The position numbers were made by a program, and so were the translations under genes. A stretch of DNA of 64,000 bases from a virus (lineage: Duplodnaviria; Caudoviricetes), in IMG/VR virus record IMGVR_UViG_3300020567_000066, positions 7,121-71,120 of that record. One strand, given 5' to 3'. Of the stretch, positions 1 to 8,946 are shown piece after piece (the stretch's first letter is position 1; every line of letters begins with the position of its first letter). The notes below the pieces were generated by a model. The model was not told the DNA's origin. It searched no databases and saw nothing but the letters and a program-made list of their open reading frames with translations.

Positions 1-207
1 CTTCCTGATATAAGGAGAACCAGAAGGACTTCTCTTGTCATAGAAAGAATTGTAACAAATCCTCCCAGCAATCTCTACAATTGCTTCAGGAGAATCATCC
101 TTAAAGTAACGTCTCATTTCCATAAATAAATCAGATTTTATGTCGAATAGAAAACTGTCAATATACTTCCACTCTGGAACAGAGTGGGCAATAAGACAAA
201 CATCCAT
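1..207 (-). CDS. thyX: FAD-dependent thymidylate synthase ThyX, N-terminal part (runs off the window edge; not in the ORF track)
   Basis: Manual translation MDVCLIAHSVPEWKY...EAIVEIAGRICYNSFYDKRSPSGSPYIRK; the E.AGR.CY.S motif is typical of the ThyX N-terminus; SD AAAGGGGG before ATG 207. Confidence 0.72.
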   Translation of the reverse strand, partial: MDVCLIAHSVPEWKYIDSFLFDIKSDLFMEMRRYFKDDSPEAIVEIAGRICYNSFYDKRSPSGSPYIRK

Positions 208-218
208 ATTTGCCCCCT

Positions 219-473
219 TTAATTGATTACTTGAACATCATCAATGTCACTGTAGTGCTGTTGTTCCTCATGCTTAGTTTCAAATACAACATACGAAGGC
301 TCATTGCTTACTTCATTATTACCCAAAGACTTGTTAACTTGCTCAAGACAATATGCTATAACATAAGTCTCTGTTACTCTCTTCAACCCAGATTGAGATT
401 TCAAATGCTGAAGGATGTTGTTGAGATTCTCCAGCATTTCATCAGTGAAACGAAAGCACTTGACCTTAGGCAT
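219..473 (-). CDS. putative ribbon-helix-helix DNA-binding protein
   Basis: N-terminal alternating strand KVKCFRFTDEMLENL followed by two predicted helices. Confidence 0.45.
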   Translation of the reverse strand: MPKVKCFRFTDEMLENLNNILQHLKSQSGLKRVTETYVIAYCLEQVNKSLGNNEVSNEPSYVVFETKHEEQQHYSDIDDVQVIN

Positions 474-485
474 GATAGACCTCCT

Positions 486-890
486 TTAGTTATAGATACA
501 AAAAGAACCCCCTTTGAGTTCCTCACAAATAATCTTACAATACCCATCCTCAAAAGACAATATCCTAGCTTTTCCATCCTTGAAAGTTGCATCAAACAAT
601 CCATGTATCCCAACTCTTACAATATCACCATCAACAAAGATCATCATTTGACAGAAATATTCTTCACCATAGACGAAACAATAGGATTTGGCAAGAGCCA
701 TTATATCATTATAATTTATCACCAGGTTAGATGCAGAATCTCTATCAATGGTCCTCCCAAAAACATGAACACACTCTTTGTTTCCTGTCAATTCATGTAT
801 ACATTCAGCAACAATAGAGCCAATTGCCTCTTGAAACTCTTCAAGATTCCTAAACCCATAAAACATAACATATTCTTTTATTTCTGTCAT
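486..890 (-). CDS. hypothetical protein
   Basis: 134-aa ORF with SD GGAGG in a tightly packed minus-strand run. Confidence 0.7.
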   Translation of the reverse strand: MTEIKEYVMFYGFRNLEEFQEAIGSIVAECIHELTGNKECVHVFGRTIDRDSASNLVINYNDIMALAKSYCFVYGEEYFCQMMIFVDGDIVRVGIHGLFDATFKDGKARILSFEDGYCKIICEELKGGSFCIYN

Positions 891-1102
891 TTCTTTTTCT
901 CTCTTTTATTACATTCATCTAAACAATCCTGATATATACAACCAATAATAATTGTATATGTCAGGAACAGAAAAGAAACAGCAGACACAAATGTTGCCAC
1001 AAAAATGTCACCATGAAACAGAAAGTAGGCAGAAGTTACCAGGGTTGCAATGAAGCATAGCAATGCTATCAGAAAAGTAATTATAAGAGTCTTCATGGTC
1101 AC
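887..1102 (-). CDS. small membrane protein (two hydrophobic segments)
   Basis: LIITFLIALLCFIATLVTSAYFLF and IFVATFVSAVSFLFLTYTIIIG; 4-bp overlaps with both neighbours. Confidence 0.7.
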   Translation of the reverse strand: MTMKTLIITFLIALLCFIATLVTSAYFLFHGDIFVATFVSAVSFLFLTYTIIIGCIYQDCLDECNKREKKK

Positions 1103-1284
1103 ACCATTATCGAGTCATCGTCATCGTCATCACCATCCTGATCGCATGGTGAATCCTCAATGCTCTGAAAATGCCCATACGGATCGTATGGGACGAAGTC
1201 CATGCTCCTCAAAAATGTCTCCCATTCCTCATCAGACATGTTGGCCCAACCAGGGAAATCGTCAGGGTCATCGTAGGCTTGCAT
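1099..1284 (-). CDS. small, very acidic protein
   Basis: MQAYDDPDDFPGWANMSDEEWETF...DQDGDDDDDDSIMV; SD GGAGG before ATG 1284. Confidence 0.65.
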   Translation of the reverse strand: MQAYDDPDDFPGWANMSDEEWETFLRSMDFVPYDPYGHFQSIEDSPCDQDGDDDDDDSIMV

Positions 1285-1358
1285 ATTCACCTCCCACACC
1301 ATTTAGAGATACCGGCAATTATTAAACCCCTGAAGCAGCATAAATATAACACAAAATC

Positions 1359-1856
1359 TTATTTTCCAGCTTTGAAAGGATTGCCCTGTCTGCAATGTAT
1401 TATAATCCTGTCAGAAAAGCTATAGAGAATACTATCCAAAATAAACTCTACATTCTCCCTTTTCAAATTACCATTTCCTATTCCTGGAAATGGAATATGG
1501 ACAATTCCTTCATTCTGATCCAACCACTCATACAATCTCCAACAACTAAACTCTATCAATGATTCAGAAGAATCTTCAAAAGGATTGAGTTTAGTCTGAA
1601 ATGCTCCATATTTAATCCCATCACACTCCACAGAAACAAATCCATATTTGTAGAATCCTCTCTCATCATTTTCATGCTTTGTAATCTCTTTAGCAAATAG
1701 ACTAGGCAAAAGATTATCGTACTTTACCAATTCCAATGCAGAACCTTTACCCATTACCAATTCACCATTCTTTTTGATCATACCACAAGTAGTGGCACAG
1801 AAAACATGATTACTGAAATCCAGATAATCAAGGAAGCTTCCAATTACAATATTCAT
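1359..1856 (-). CDS. macro-domain (ADP-ribose binding/hydrolase) protein
   Basis: TTCGMIKKNGELVMGKGSA, AFQTK and HIPFPGIGNGNL match the phage macro-domain pattern (GxG; FPTK; PxPGxGxGGL). Confidence 0.72.
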   Translation of the reverse strand: MNIVIGSFLDYLDFSNHVFCATTCGMIKKNGELVMGKGSALELVKYDNLLPSLFAKEITKHENDERGFYKYGFVSVECDGIKYGAFQTKLNPFEDSSESLIEFSCWRLYEWLDQNEGIVHIPFPGIGNGNLKRENVEFILDSILYSFSDRIIIHCRQGNPFKAGK

Positions 1857-1860
1857 GGCA

Positions 1861-2532
1861 TCAACTCCACTCTGATACAGCATCTACAAGGCAAGATTTC
1901 AAATCTGAGTAAATAATTGAAGAGGAAACATTGCTAAGATCAATGGAGCAATTACTGTCTTTAGGAAAGAAAAGAAGTCTGTAACAATATTGGGATAACT
2001 CCTCATTGTTATTCTGATTCAGCAACACAATGTCTGCCTTCCTAAGACAGACATTTCTTCCTGTCAAGTAACAATATTCAAAGTGATTGTCATAGAAGAA
2101 TACATAATTTATTCCAATAGCATCAAGGAATGAGGAGATAATATACTTCTCCTTTGTTGTAAAAGAGATAACTGAACTACATTTGTTTTGAGCTTCTTCC
2201 TCAATGCTTTTATATTTCTTCAACAATGCTTCCTGCAATGCACAATTGATACACTCTTCCAAAGACTCATAAGAAATCAACTCTTCATTGTTATGAAACA
2301 CAACAAAGTGATTAGTGTTAGAATCTTCATCATATTCTTTAGAGAGATGAAAAACATAGGAATCAAATAGTTTGAAAGAGACGACAGATTTTACACTGTC
2401 ATCAACAACACTACACTTCATCTTACCTTTACTAATCCTGTTCCACTTGTCAAGTGTATCCTTGACAAAACCAATCTCTTCATCAGAAAGAGACAAAGGC
2501 AGATCATCAACCTCCTGAAAAATGTCAGACAT
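1861..2532 (-). CDS. hypothetical protein with two similar domains
   Basis: Both halves end alike (SYESLEECINCAL / IYSDLKSCLVDAV); SD GGAGG before ATG 2532. Confidence 0.65.
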   Translation of the reverse strand: MSDIFQEVDDLPLSLSDEEIGFVKDTLDKWNRISKGKMKCSVVDDSVKSVVSFKLFDSYVFHLSKEYDEDSNTNHFVVFHNNEELISYESLEECINCALQEALLKKYKSIEEEAQNKCSSVISFTTKEKYIISSFLDAIGINYVFFYDNHFEYCYLTGRNVCLRKADIVLLNQNNNEELSQYCYRLLFFPKDSNCSIDLSNVSSSIIYSDLKSCLVDAVSEWS

Positions 2533-2559
2533 AACAAACCTCCTCAAATTGAACAAAAG

Positions 2560-4440
2560 TCAATAGATAAGTTTAGGGTTCTTAGAAACCATCCTTGAAA
2601 CCGCTTTATGGTTATCGATAGACCCAACAACCAGACTTTCATCCACAGAGAAATCAACATACTCTAAACTACCATTATTTCTGTTTGCAGTGTTGAATAG
2701 ATTATCAGCAATGTTGTTCAAATCACTATAATCTATCTCAGAGAGCCAAGATTTTACACTCATTTGTCTAGGTATGCTAATTGTAATCTGTTTGATTCTC
2801 TTTCCAACATTTGTATTCAATATGTCATTGATCATATCATAATACGATGAACTAAAATCTTCAGATACAGAACTAGCATGAGGATAGAAAAGTATAGAAA
2901 GATATTCTAAATTACTCTTATCTCCACTTGAATCAAGCTTCCTCAAATTTTCAACAAATGCCTTCATTGATCTTCTATTCACATAACCAAGTTCTAATCT
3001 TGACAACTTAGGAAACAAACCAGACATGAAAAATGTGTTTACATCATTTCTACTGAGCAAAGGAACAATAAATCTAAAGTCACGCAAATTGGTAAGCCTA
3101 TGCCCAACTAGTCTAATAAATCTATCCAAATCTAACTTATAGTCTGGCAAAAAGGTTTCATCATTGTTTAGGGAAGGAATAGAGACACCAGAATCTTCAT
3201 AATCTTTTCTATCAATATAATCATCTATATTTACTTCTCCTGCATATTCATCATAACTTTCATAAGGACTTAAAGAGGGAGTTACAGAAGGATGTGTACG
3301 TAAATCTGTTATTACAGAATAATCAAATCTCTTCAAACGATCCCAAAAAGCATAATCTTCAAAATCAACAATAGGCTCACTAAAAGAAGGATCAAAACGA
3401 CCTCTTTTAACAACCAACCTAAGTGCCTCTATTGGTCTTTTTCCCTTTGCAATCCTATCATCTAATCTCCTAAATAACTCATGAAAAACATGGTTGACTA
3501 GAGCTGAATAGCTGATTCTTCTTCTATAGGGAAGATTTCTAAACATATTGTTAACGTGAAAATTGGCTTCCAATTTTCTCAAGTTATCAAATGGAAAATA
3601 ATCCAACAAATGAAAAACAGTCCTACCATCAGGATTATTATCCATATGATTAACTCTAGAATTGACATCATAGTACAAATGGCTCACACTACTAAAAGTA
3701 TTTTTGCCTTCAGGAAACACAAGAGCCTTTAATGTGCTCTCAACAAATGCCAAAGGTGTTTCCAATCTAGTATCAGGAGAATACAAATTTGATCTTAGAA
3801 CACCAATAGATGAAAGATTGTGGCCAAGATTATAATCATTTTTCGTTATTACACGAGTCTTACCCTTACGAGCTAAAGTAATAATTCCGTTTTCTGGTGG
3901 ATTGTTGTAATATACAATACCATGCCCGAATATATCTCTTGGGAATCTATAACCATCATAATCAACAGCATACGTTAGGAACTTACCAAAACCAAATCTA
4001 TCATAATCATAATTGCTATAAAGACCTTCCAACAAACCACCATAAAAAACAGGATTTGTAAGATAGCGACCTAATCCAACAATATAATTCTTTTTAGACA
4101 AATCAAAATGACTTCTATATGAACCAAGCACATCATCTAATAAATTGCCAATATAATTATTATTTCTAAATAACTGTCCAATAAAGTAATATTCTCTTGG
4201 TGTAAGATTATGTGATTCTGCTCCAGGAAATGATATTGGCATATTATTTGCCTGATACCTGACAAAAGAGGCATATTTTCCAGCATTATTTTCATCAAGA
4301 GCATCTGCCAAAATCATCCTTGGCAATGCATCTTCTGGGTTGCTTCTAGCCTTATCACCTAAAGACTTAGCAACTGTGTTGCTAAGAAAGATGTGAATCA
4401 ATGGTAATTGCAATTGGTCTAAAATATGTCTCCTAGACAT
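2560..4440 (-). CDS. TIGR02996 repeat-companion domain protein with LRR-like C-terminus
   Basis: NPEDALPRMILADALDENNAGKYASFVRYQ fits the TIGR02996 consensus (P.D..PRL..ADWL.E.G....AEFIR.Q); LRR-like segments FPKLSRLEL and SNLEYLSI. Confidence 0.7.
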   Translation of the reverse strand: MSRRHILDQLQLPLIHIFLSNTVAKSLGDKARSNPEDALPRMILADALDENNAGKYASFVRYQANNMPISFPGAESHNLTPREYYFIGQLFRNNNYIGNLLDDVLGSYRSHFDLSKKNYIVGLGRYLTNPVFYGGLLEGLYSNYDYDRFGFGKFLTYAVDYDGYRFPRDIFGHGIVYYNNPPENGIITLARKGKTRVITKNDYNLGHNLSSIGVLRSNLYSPDTRLETPLAFVESTLKALVFPEGKNTFSSVSHLYYDVNSRVNHMDNNPDGRTVFHLLDYFPFDNLRKLEANFHVNNMFRNLPYRRRISYSALVNHVFHELFRRLDDRIAKGKRPIEALRLVVKRGRFDPSFSEPIVDFEDYAFWDRLKRFDYSVITDLRTHPSVTPSLSPYESYDEYAGEVNIDDYIDRKDYEDSGVSIPSLNNDETFLPDYKLDLDRFIRLVGHRLTNLRDFRFIVPLLSRNDVNTFFMSGLFPKLSRLELGYVNRRSMKAFVENLRKLDSSGDKSNLEYLSILFYPHASSVSEDFSSSYYDMINDILNTNVGKRIKQITISIPRQMSVKSWLSEIDYSDLNNIADNLFNTANRNNGSLEYVDFSVDESLVVGSIDNHKAVSRMVSKNPKLIY

Positions 4441-4528
4441 ATCTATCTCCAATAGACAATATTTTCTCAAACAGTGTTAATATTACGCAACTTCAGTATG
4501 GTATCTGTTTCTTCTTTCATACAACACC

Positions 4529-4834
4529 TCATTTATTATTCACAAAAGAGATACTCTTGAGTATAGTGTCTCGAACTGGTTGCTTTATCCTTGTCTCAAA
4601 TATATCATCATATTTTAGTGGCATATTACAGAGTTCTTCTATGGTGTTTATGAATCTATCCTTATTATCATCATTAACAATTATGCTAAGTATGTCATTA
4701 TACACTAAGACACTATCACCAATAATGGTGTGTCTTAGTAATAAATCCTTGTCGCAGAAATAGAGTTTATACTTCAAATTGAACATCTCGACAATTTCTA
4801 CAATATCTTCAATATCCTTGTTGTTCATTTCCAA
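4529..4834 (-). CDS. hypothetical protein
   Basis: 101-aa ORF, SD GAGG. Confidence 0.65.
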   Translation of the reverse strand: MEMNNKDIEDIVEIVEMFNLKYKLYFCDKDLLLRHTIIGDSVLVYNDILSIIVNDDNKDRFINTIEELCNMPLKYDDIFETRIKQPVRDTILKSISFVNNK

Positions 4835-4846
4835 TCCCTCAATAAA

Positions 4847-5308
4847 TCAAGTATCAAGAAATGTAACAATGTGAAGACTGCACCACTTTCCATACATTCT
4901 TTTCAAATGATCATATAGCTTCTTACCAACATCGTCAAGATCATCATACTTTGCTCTAAAGTATCTCTTGTTTTTGCTATCCCATCCAGACCAACCTGTG
5001 GCTCCTAGAAAAATACTAGCAACTAATGGAATGCTAGTATGCTTTTTGATAATGTCCTCTTCATCCTGAGAATTGTATTTGGGGAAGAAGTATGTTGCTC
5101 TCTTTCCAGTGTCAGAACCAACATAGGCCTCACAAACAACATCATAGCATCCAGTCCAGCAACAAACTGGAATGCCATACTCATCTTCATTTGGAACAAC
5201 AAAGAGCTTTACAAACAATCCACCTTCTTTGGTGTCTCTATACTTCCTACTGTTCACTGGAAAGTGAACATAGCCAGACTGATAGGGAAGTCTACGAACA
5301 GTAATCAT
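4847..5308 (-). CDS. hypothetical protein
   Basis: ORF with SD GAGGTG before ATG 5308. Confidence 0.65.
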   Translation of the reverse strand: MITVRRLPYQSGYVHFPVNSRKYRDTKEGGLFVKLFVVPNEDEYGIPVCCWTGCYDVVCEAYVGSDTGKRATYFFPKYNSQDEEDIIKKHTSIPLVASIFLGATGWSGWDSKNKRYFRAKYDDLDDVGKKLYDHLKRMYGKWCSLHIVTFLDT

Positions 5309-5324
5309 ATCAATCACCTCTTTG

Positions 5325-5951
5325 TCATTTGAAAACAATTCCTGCCAAAGCAACAAATACCTTCAATTCCCCATCACTTGGTTCCTTCTCTAATCCATCT
5401 GTGAAGAAAAGAGCATACTTGCTATTAGGAACAACAAACATTGGCTTACCAACAGACTTAACAACCCTTTTGTTTCCAGTACCTAAATCATAAATATCAT
5501 ACATAAAATCAACAATGTGTTCCCAATATCCAAGATCAAACATCCTATCATTATCAAAGGCTATCATATGCTTATGAAAATTGATGTAAATATTGTGCAT
5601 ATTATCAAGTGGTAGATGATTTCCTTTTTCTATCTCCTTCAACCAATTGTGAATAACTTTGTTTTTATGCTCATTTATAACAGTCTTGCTATTATCAACA
5701 ACCCTACAAGCACCACCATATTCAATAACAGGATACCAAGATTCTTCATTAACAACAGAATAAACATTGTCCATTGTTGCTAAGACAAATACAGAATTAG
5801 ATAAATACAAAAAACTATAGTTGTTAGTGTAAACCCTATCATCACTAGCAAAGTCTTTTTTAGACCATCTAGCCTTCTTTCTAAGGCTTTTGTCTAATTT
5901 GAACAACTTCTTTGCAACATGACTCTTCACTGGTGACAAAATAGTGTCCAT
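5325..5951 (-). CDS. hypothetical protein
   Basis: 208-aa ORF, SD GGAGG. Confidence 0.65.
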   Translation of the reverse strand: MDTILSPVKSHVAKKLFKLDKSLRKKARWSKKDFASDDRVYTNNYSFLYLSNSVFVLATMDNVYSVVNEESWYPVIEYGGACRVVDNSKTVINEHKNKVIHNWLKEIEKGNHLPLDNMHNIYINFHKHMIAFDNDRMFDLGYWEHIVDFMYDIYDLGTGNKRVVKSVGKPMFVVPNSKYALFFTDGLEKEPSDGELKVFVALAGIVFK

Positions 5952-6210
5952 AACTCAATCCTCCTCTGTCAACATGGTTAACACACTATACTGTTCATCT
6001 ACTGGATTGTCATATTGACACTTCCTAAACCCAATTAGTTTAAGAATCTCCAGAACATGAGAAGTGCTCTCTCATTTCATCCACTCTAATAGTTACTGGG
6101 GAGAAGAAACATACACACCCTTCTTGGCAAGTTCTACAGAGCATCTAGTACACAATTAAGTCTTTGATTCACCAGAATCATTTCTATAATAAACCTTTCT
6201 ATCACCTAGT

Positions 6211-6239
6211 ATATTACCTCCTAGCGGGTGAGAAGTCAA
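6211..6239 (-). promoter_or_regulatory. sigma70-type promoter
   Basis: Minus strand TTGACT (6239-6234), 17 bp, TAATAT (6216-6211), with an A/T-tract UP-like element upstream. Confidence 0.55.
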
Positions 6240-6293
6240 CAGGAAAATTCCATTTTCATCATTTTTTCATATTTCCCCTCCCCCGCTGAACAG

Positions 6294-6986
6294 CTAGACA
6301 TCGGTGAAAATAACCGTGCTCTCATACTTGTACACCAAGTCAAATAGCTCCCCATAAGCTCCTAAATCAACCCTCTGCCGCCAAAATAGCACAGCCCTAT
6401 GAACCGGCAACTCCGCCCCCACAGCATGACGTACCCTAACCTTGACACACCCTCCCACCCTATCGTAAAGATACCGCTCAATACCTCCCCAAAAGCCAAC
6501 AAAGCCGCTCCCCTCAACCCTCAGTAAACCACCTACCGGCTTCAACCCCACCTCCTCACCGTCCACTACCCTGCCCTCGTCATAATACTCCACCCTGTCC
6601 AATAACTTCCGCCACACCAACACCCTGCCGTCATAAAGCGTATAATCAGGGATAACCTGAAAGCCTAGCCGCGGACTCCTACACTTCGTCAACTCCAGGC
6701 CCAAACAGTATAAGTCGATCTCGTTCCCCCTCCTAAACCGACAAGCTCTCATAACCGGACCAGTATCACTACGTAAATTGACCCCAAACACCGGAAACGA
6801 CCCGAATGCGGTCATGTACCCCTTGCTCCTATCCGAAAACGGCGGGATAGGCGGCCCCTTATACTTGGTCGAATAAACAAACGTCCAAAAACGATCCGGT
6901 ACCGCCCTCTCCAATAAACCCACCACCTCAAACGGCACCCCTCCAGCAACTCCCTCCGCCTCCCTCACCACCAAGAAACTGTTCAT
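6294..6986 (-). CDS. hypothetical protein (GC-rich island)
   Basis: 230-aa ORF, SD GGAGG, about 55% GC with many CG dinucleotides. Confidence 0.65.
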   Translation of the reverse strand: MNSFLVVREAEGVAGGVPFEVVGLLERAVPDRFWTFVYSTKYKGPPIPPFSDRSKGYMTAFGSFPVFGVNLRSDTGPVMRACRFRRGNEIDLYCLGLELTKCRSPRLGFQVIPDYTLYDGRVLVWRKLLDRVEYYDEGRVVDGEEVGLKPVGGLLRVEGSGFVGFWGGIERYLYDRVGGCVKVRVRHAVGAELPVHRAVLFWRQRVDLGAYGELFDLVYKYESTVIFTDV

Positions 6987-7039
6987 ACCACCACCTCCCT
7001 GTCCCAGGGAAAATTACAACTCAGTAAACCCTCCATCCG

Positions 7040-7069
7040 CTTCACCAAATCTTCACAAAATCTTCACAT
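7040..7069. repeat. three CTTCAC direct repeats at 11-bp period, operator-like
   Basis: cttcaccaaat-cttcacaaaat-cttcacat between the tRNA-Ile 3' end and the next gene. Confidence 0.5.
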
Positions 7070-7076
7070 TACCTAC

Positions 7077-7150
7077 TAGTCCGGCCGGGACTCGAACCCA
7101 GAACCTTCGGCTTATAAGGCCGACGCTCTCGCCTGTTGAGCTACCGGACC
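7077..7150 (-). tRNA. tRNA-Ile, anticodon UAU (no encoded CCA)
   Basis: Reverse complement GGTCCGGTAGCTCAACAGGCGAGAGCGTCGGC-CTTATAA-GCCGAAGGTTCTGGGTTCGAGTCCCGGCCGGACTA; full cloverleaf, GTTCGAG T-loop, discriminator A. Confidence 0.92.
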
Positions 7151-7152
7151 GA

Positions 7153-7926
7153 TTATCGTAAACCAAATACGACTTCGTGCACACCAGCCGGAACGGTTCC
7201 CACAACCTCACCGCTCTCATTCCCTATACGGATTGTCGTAGGATACGGGCTGTTGAGCAAAACGTATCTCATTTTACCATTACCAAGCGGTCGCCATTGA
7301 ATAAACTGCATGTAGTCGTTGACAAGGCAGTAAATGTTCCTCGCCTTCACCCATCTAGGTCGCCGCTTTGGGCTGTTCCAAGAGTTCATTGCCAACTCGT
7401 CAAACTCGCCAACCTTTATAATCCCAATGTCGCCGTCGCTTCCAATACGTTCGTAGTCAACAGAATAGGATCGTTGGTAGGTAATCTCCATGTCCGCACC
7501 ATAGGACCCACCCTCAGCATGCTTCACAAAAAATGCGCTGCGAAACTTGCCGCCGTTCTCATTCCATGCGATGAACCCTGTCCCAAATTGGTCAGCAAGC
7601 TTGCATAGCTCTCCATAGCTGAACCCCGGCTCTCCGCTCTTGCTTTCATACATCGCAACGAGCCGCACAAGACCGGTACCGTACAGGCTCAAGGCTCCCC
7701 TGCCAGAAATCAGAATGGTATCCTTACCGGATAGGAAGTGGGCCTTGGGATAATCGATTACCGTCATAGGCACATGCTCAAAGTCATAGCGCGTCCAGTA
7801 ATGCTCGTAGTACAAGCCATTTACCGTTATGGCTCTGTAGTAGCAGTAATAAGGGCCGCTCCCTCCCACGATCACAGCCGGTTTCCAGGTTGGCAGCTTG
7901 TAGTTTACTGTCAGAACGTTACCCAT
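7153..7926 (-). CDS. hypothetical protein (GC-rich island)
   Basis: 257-aa ORF, SD AGGAG; stop lies 2 bp before the tRNA-Ile. Confidence 0.65.
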   Translation of the reverse strand: MGNVLTVNYKLPTWKPAVIVGGSGPYYCYYRAITVNGLYYEHYWTRYDFEHVPMTVIDYPKAHFLSGKDTILISGRGALSLYGTGLVRLVAMYESKSGEPGFSYGELCKLADQFGTGFIAWNENGGKFRSAFFVKHAEGGSYGADMEITYQRSYSVDYERIGSDGDIGIIKVGEFDELAMNSWNSPKRRPRWVKARNIYCLVNDYMQFIQWRPLGNGKMRYVLLNSPYPTTIRIGNESGEVVGTVPAGVHEVVFGLR

Positions 7927-7995
7927 AGCTAGCTCCTAGGCATGCGTTGCTCTTTTACCTTTGGGATTTCTTCCCAAGATGCCTTGCATAAATGG

Positions 7996-8274
7996 TCATC
8001 CTTGGCAATTCTCCACAATAATCTTTACTTCTTCTTCATCCCAATAGTCTTTCCATCTTTGAAGCATTGTTTGAAGTTGTTCTTTAGTAACCTCAAACAA
8101 CACCTCATGTTTCTCCAGGCTAAAGCTCACTATACCAAGATCATCAAAGTAATCATAGAAATACCCATCGTGAAACATCGCTACTCTCATGCCCTGTTCA
8201 CCATCACGATGAACAAGGTAAAAATTACCAGGAGTAAGATTTACCCTATTCATATTCTCTCCTTTCATATTCAA
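7996..8274 (-). CDS. hypothetical protein
   Basis: 92-aa ORF overlapping the upstream gene by 4 bp. Confidence 0.6.
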   Translation of the reverse strand: MNMKGENMNRVNLTPGNFYLVHRDGEQGMRVAMFHDGYFYDYFDDLGIVSFSLEKHEVLFEVTKEQLQTMLQRWKDYWDEEEVKIIVENCQG

Positions 8275-8909
8275 ATCCTGTAATGCTTTTTAATCTCTTC
8301 AATCTTCTTCTCATGATAGGCAATCAATTCTTCTCCAGTGGGAGGCTCCCAAACATGTTCTCCCTCTTCCACCTTGATTCTACGACCTTCTGGTTCATCA
8401 GAGTAGACAAAGTCTAGAATCCTATTCATTTGCTGTATCTTTGCTTCATATTTTTCCTTCAGCTTCCTGTTTTCTTCCTCTAGTTGACGCATCCCAAGTT
8501 CAACAGTATTTTTGGCAACATAACTGTCAGGATGCCCAACATAAACTTCGTACCATTCAATCCTTGCCCCTTCAGGCAATTCAGTAGCACCTTCTGGTAA
8601 ACGTGGACCAATGTACTGACCAACAAAGATTCTGTCAAGATATTCTGCTTTTACAGATACACGATTGCACTCAACATCATAATCCAAAATCTTGCTGTAC
8701 AATTTAGCTGTGTTTTCATGTCCAACACAACTAACTACCTCAAAATCAAGCCCAATCCATTTAATGTAGTTGGCAGGATCATTGATCTTTTTAACCAGAA
8801 GGACAGCATCACCAGGAATCATACTGAGTGAGAAAGCATTGGAAATATAAACCTTGGAACGGACAACCTTCAGTGGAATGCCAAGGCAGTACTCTTGTGA
8901 GTTACTCAT
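8271..8909 (-). CDS. acrIII-1: AcrIII-1 family (DUF1874/STIV B116-like) cA4 ring nuclease anti-CRISPR with C-terminal coiled-coil extension
   Basis: KVYISNAFSLSMI...SCVGHENT...CNRVSVKAEYLDRIFVGQYIGPRLPEG reproduces the recalled SIRV1 gp29 pattern (KVYLANAFSINM, SIGH, KNRVEIKLE, QRLEEG); SD GGAGG before ATG 8909. Confidence 0.85.
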   Translation of the reverse strand: MSNSQEYCLGIPLKVVRSKVYISNAFSLSMIPGDAVLLVKKINDPANYIKWIGLDFEVVSCVGHENTAKLYSKILDYDVECNRVSVKAEYLDRIFVGQYIGPRLPEGATELPEGARIEWYEVYVGHPDSYVAKNTVELGMRQLEEENRKLKEKYEAKIQQMNRILDFVYSDEPEGRRIKVEEGEHVWEPPTGEELIAYHEKKIEEIKKHYRI

Positions 8910-8946
8910 AGTGACATCCTCCCTTAGGTAAACAAAAGAACCAAAC

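Noticed and set aside
210-932. 240-aa plus-strand ORF
   Set aside because: Antisense shadow of three SD-supported minus-strand genes; the same applies to the many short antisense ORFs in the track.
5955-6212. Stop-codon reassignment suggested by in-frame stops
   Set aside because: The stops are of two types, no suppressor tRNA is present, and conserved genes are intact under the standard code.
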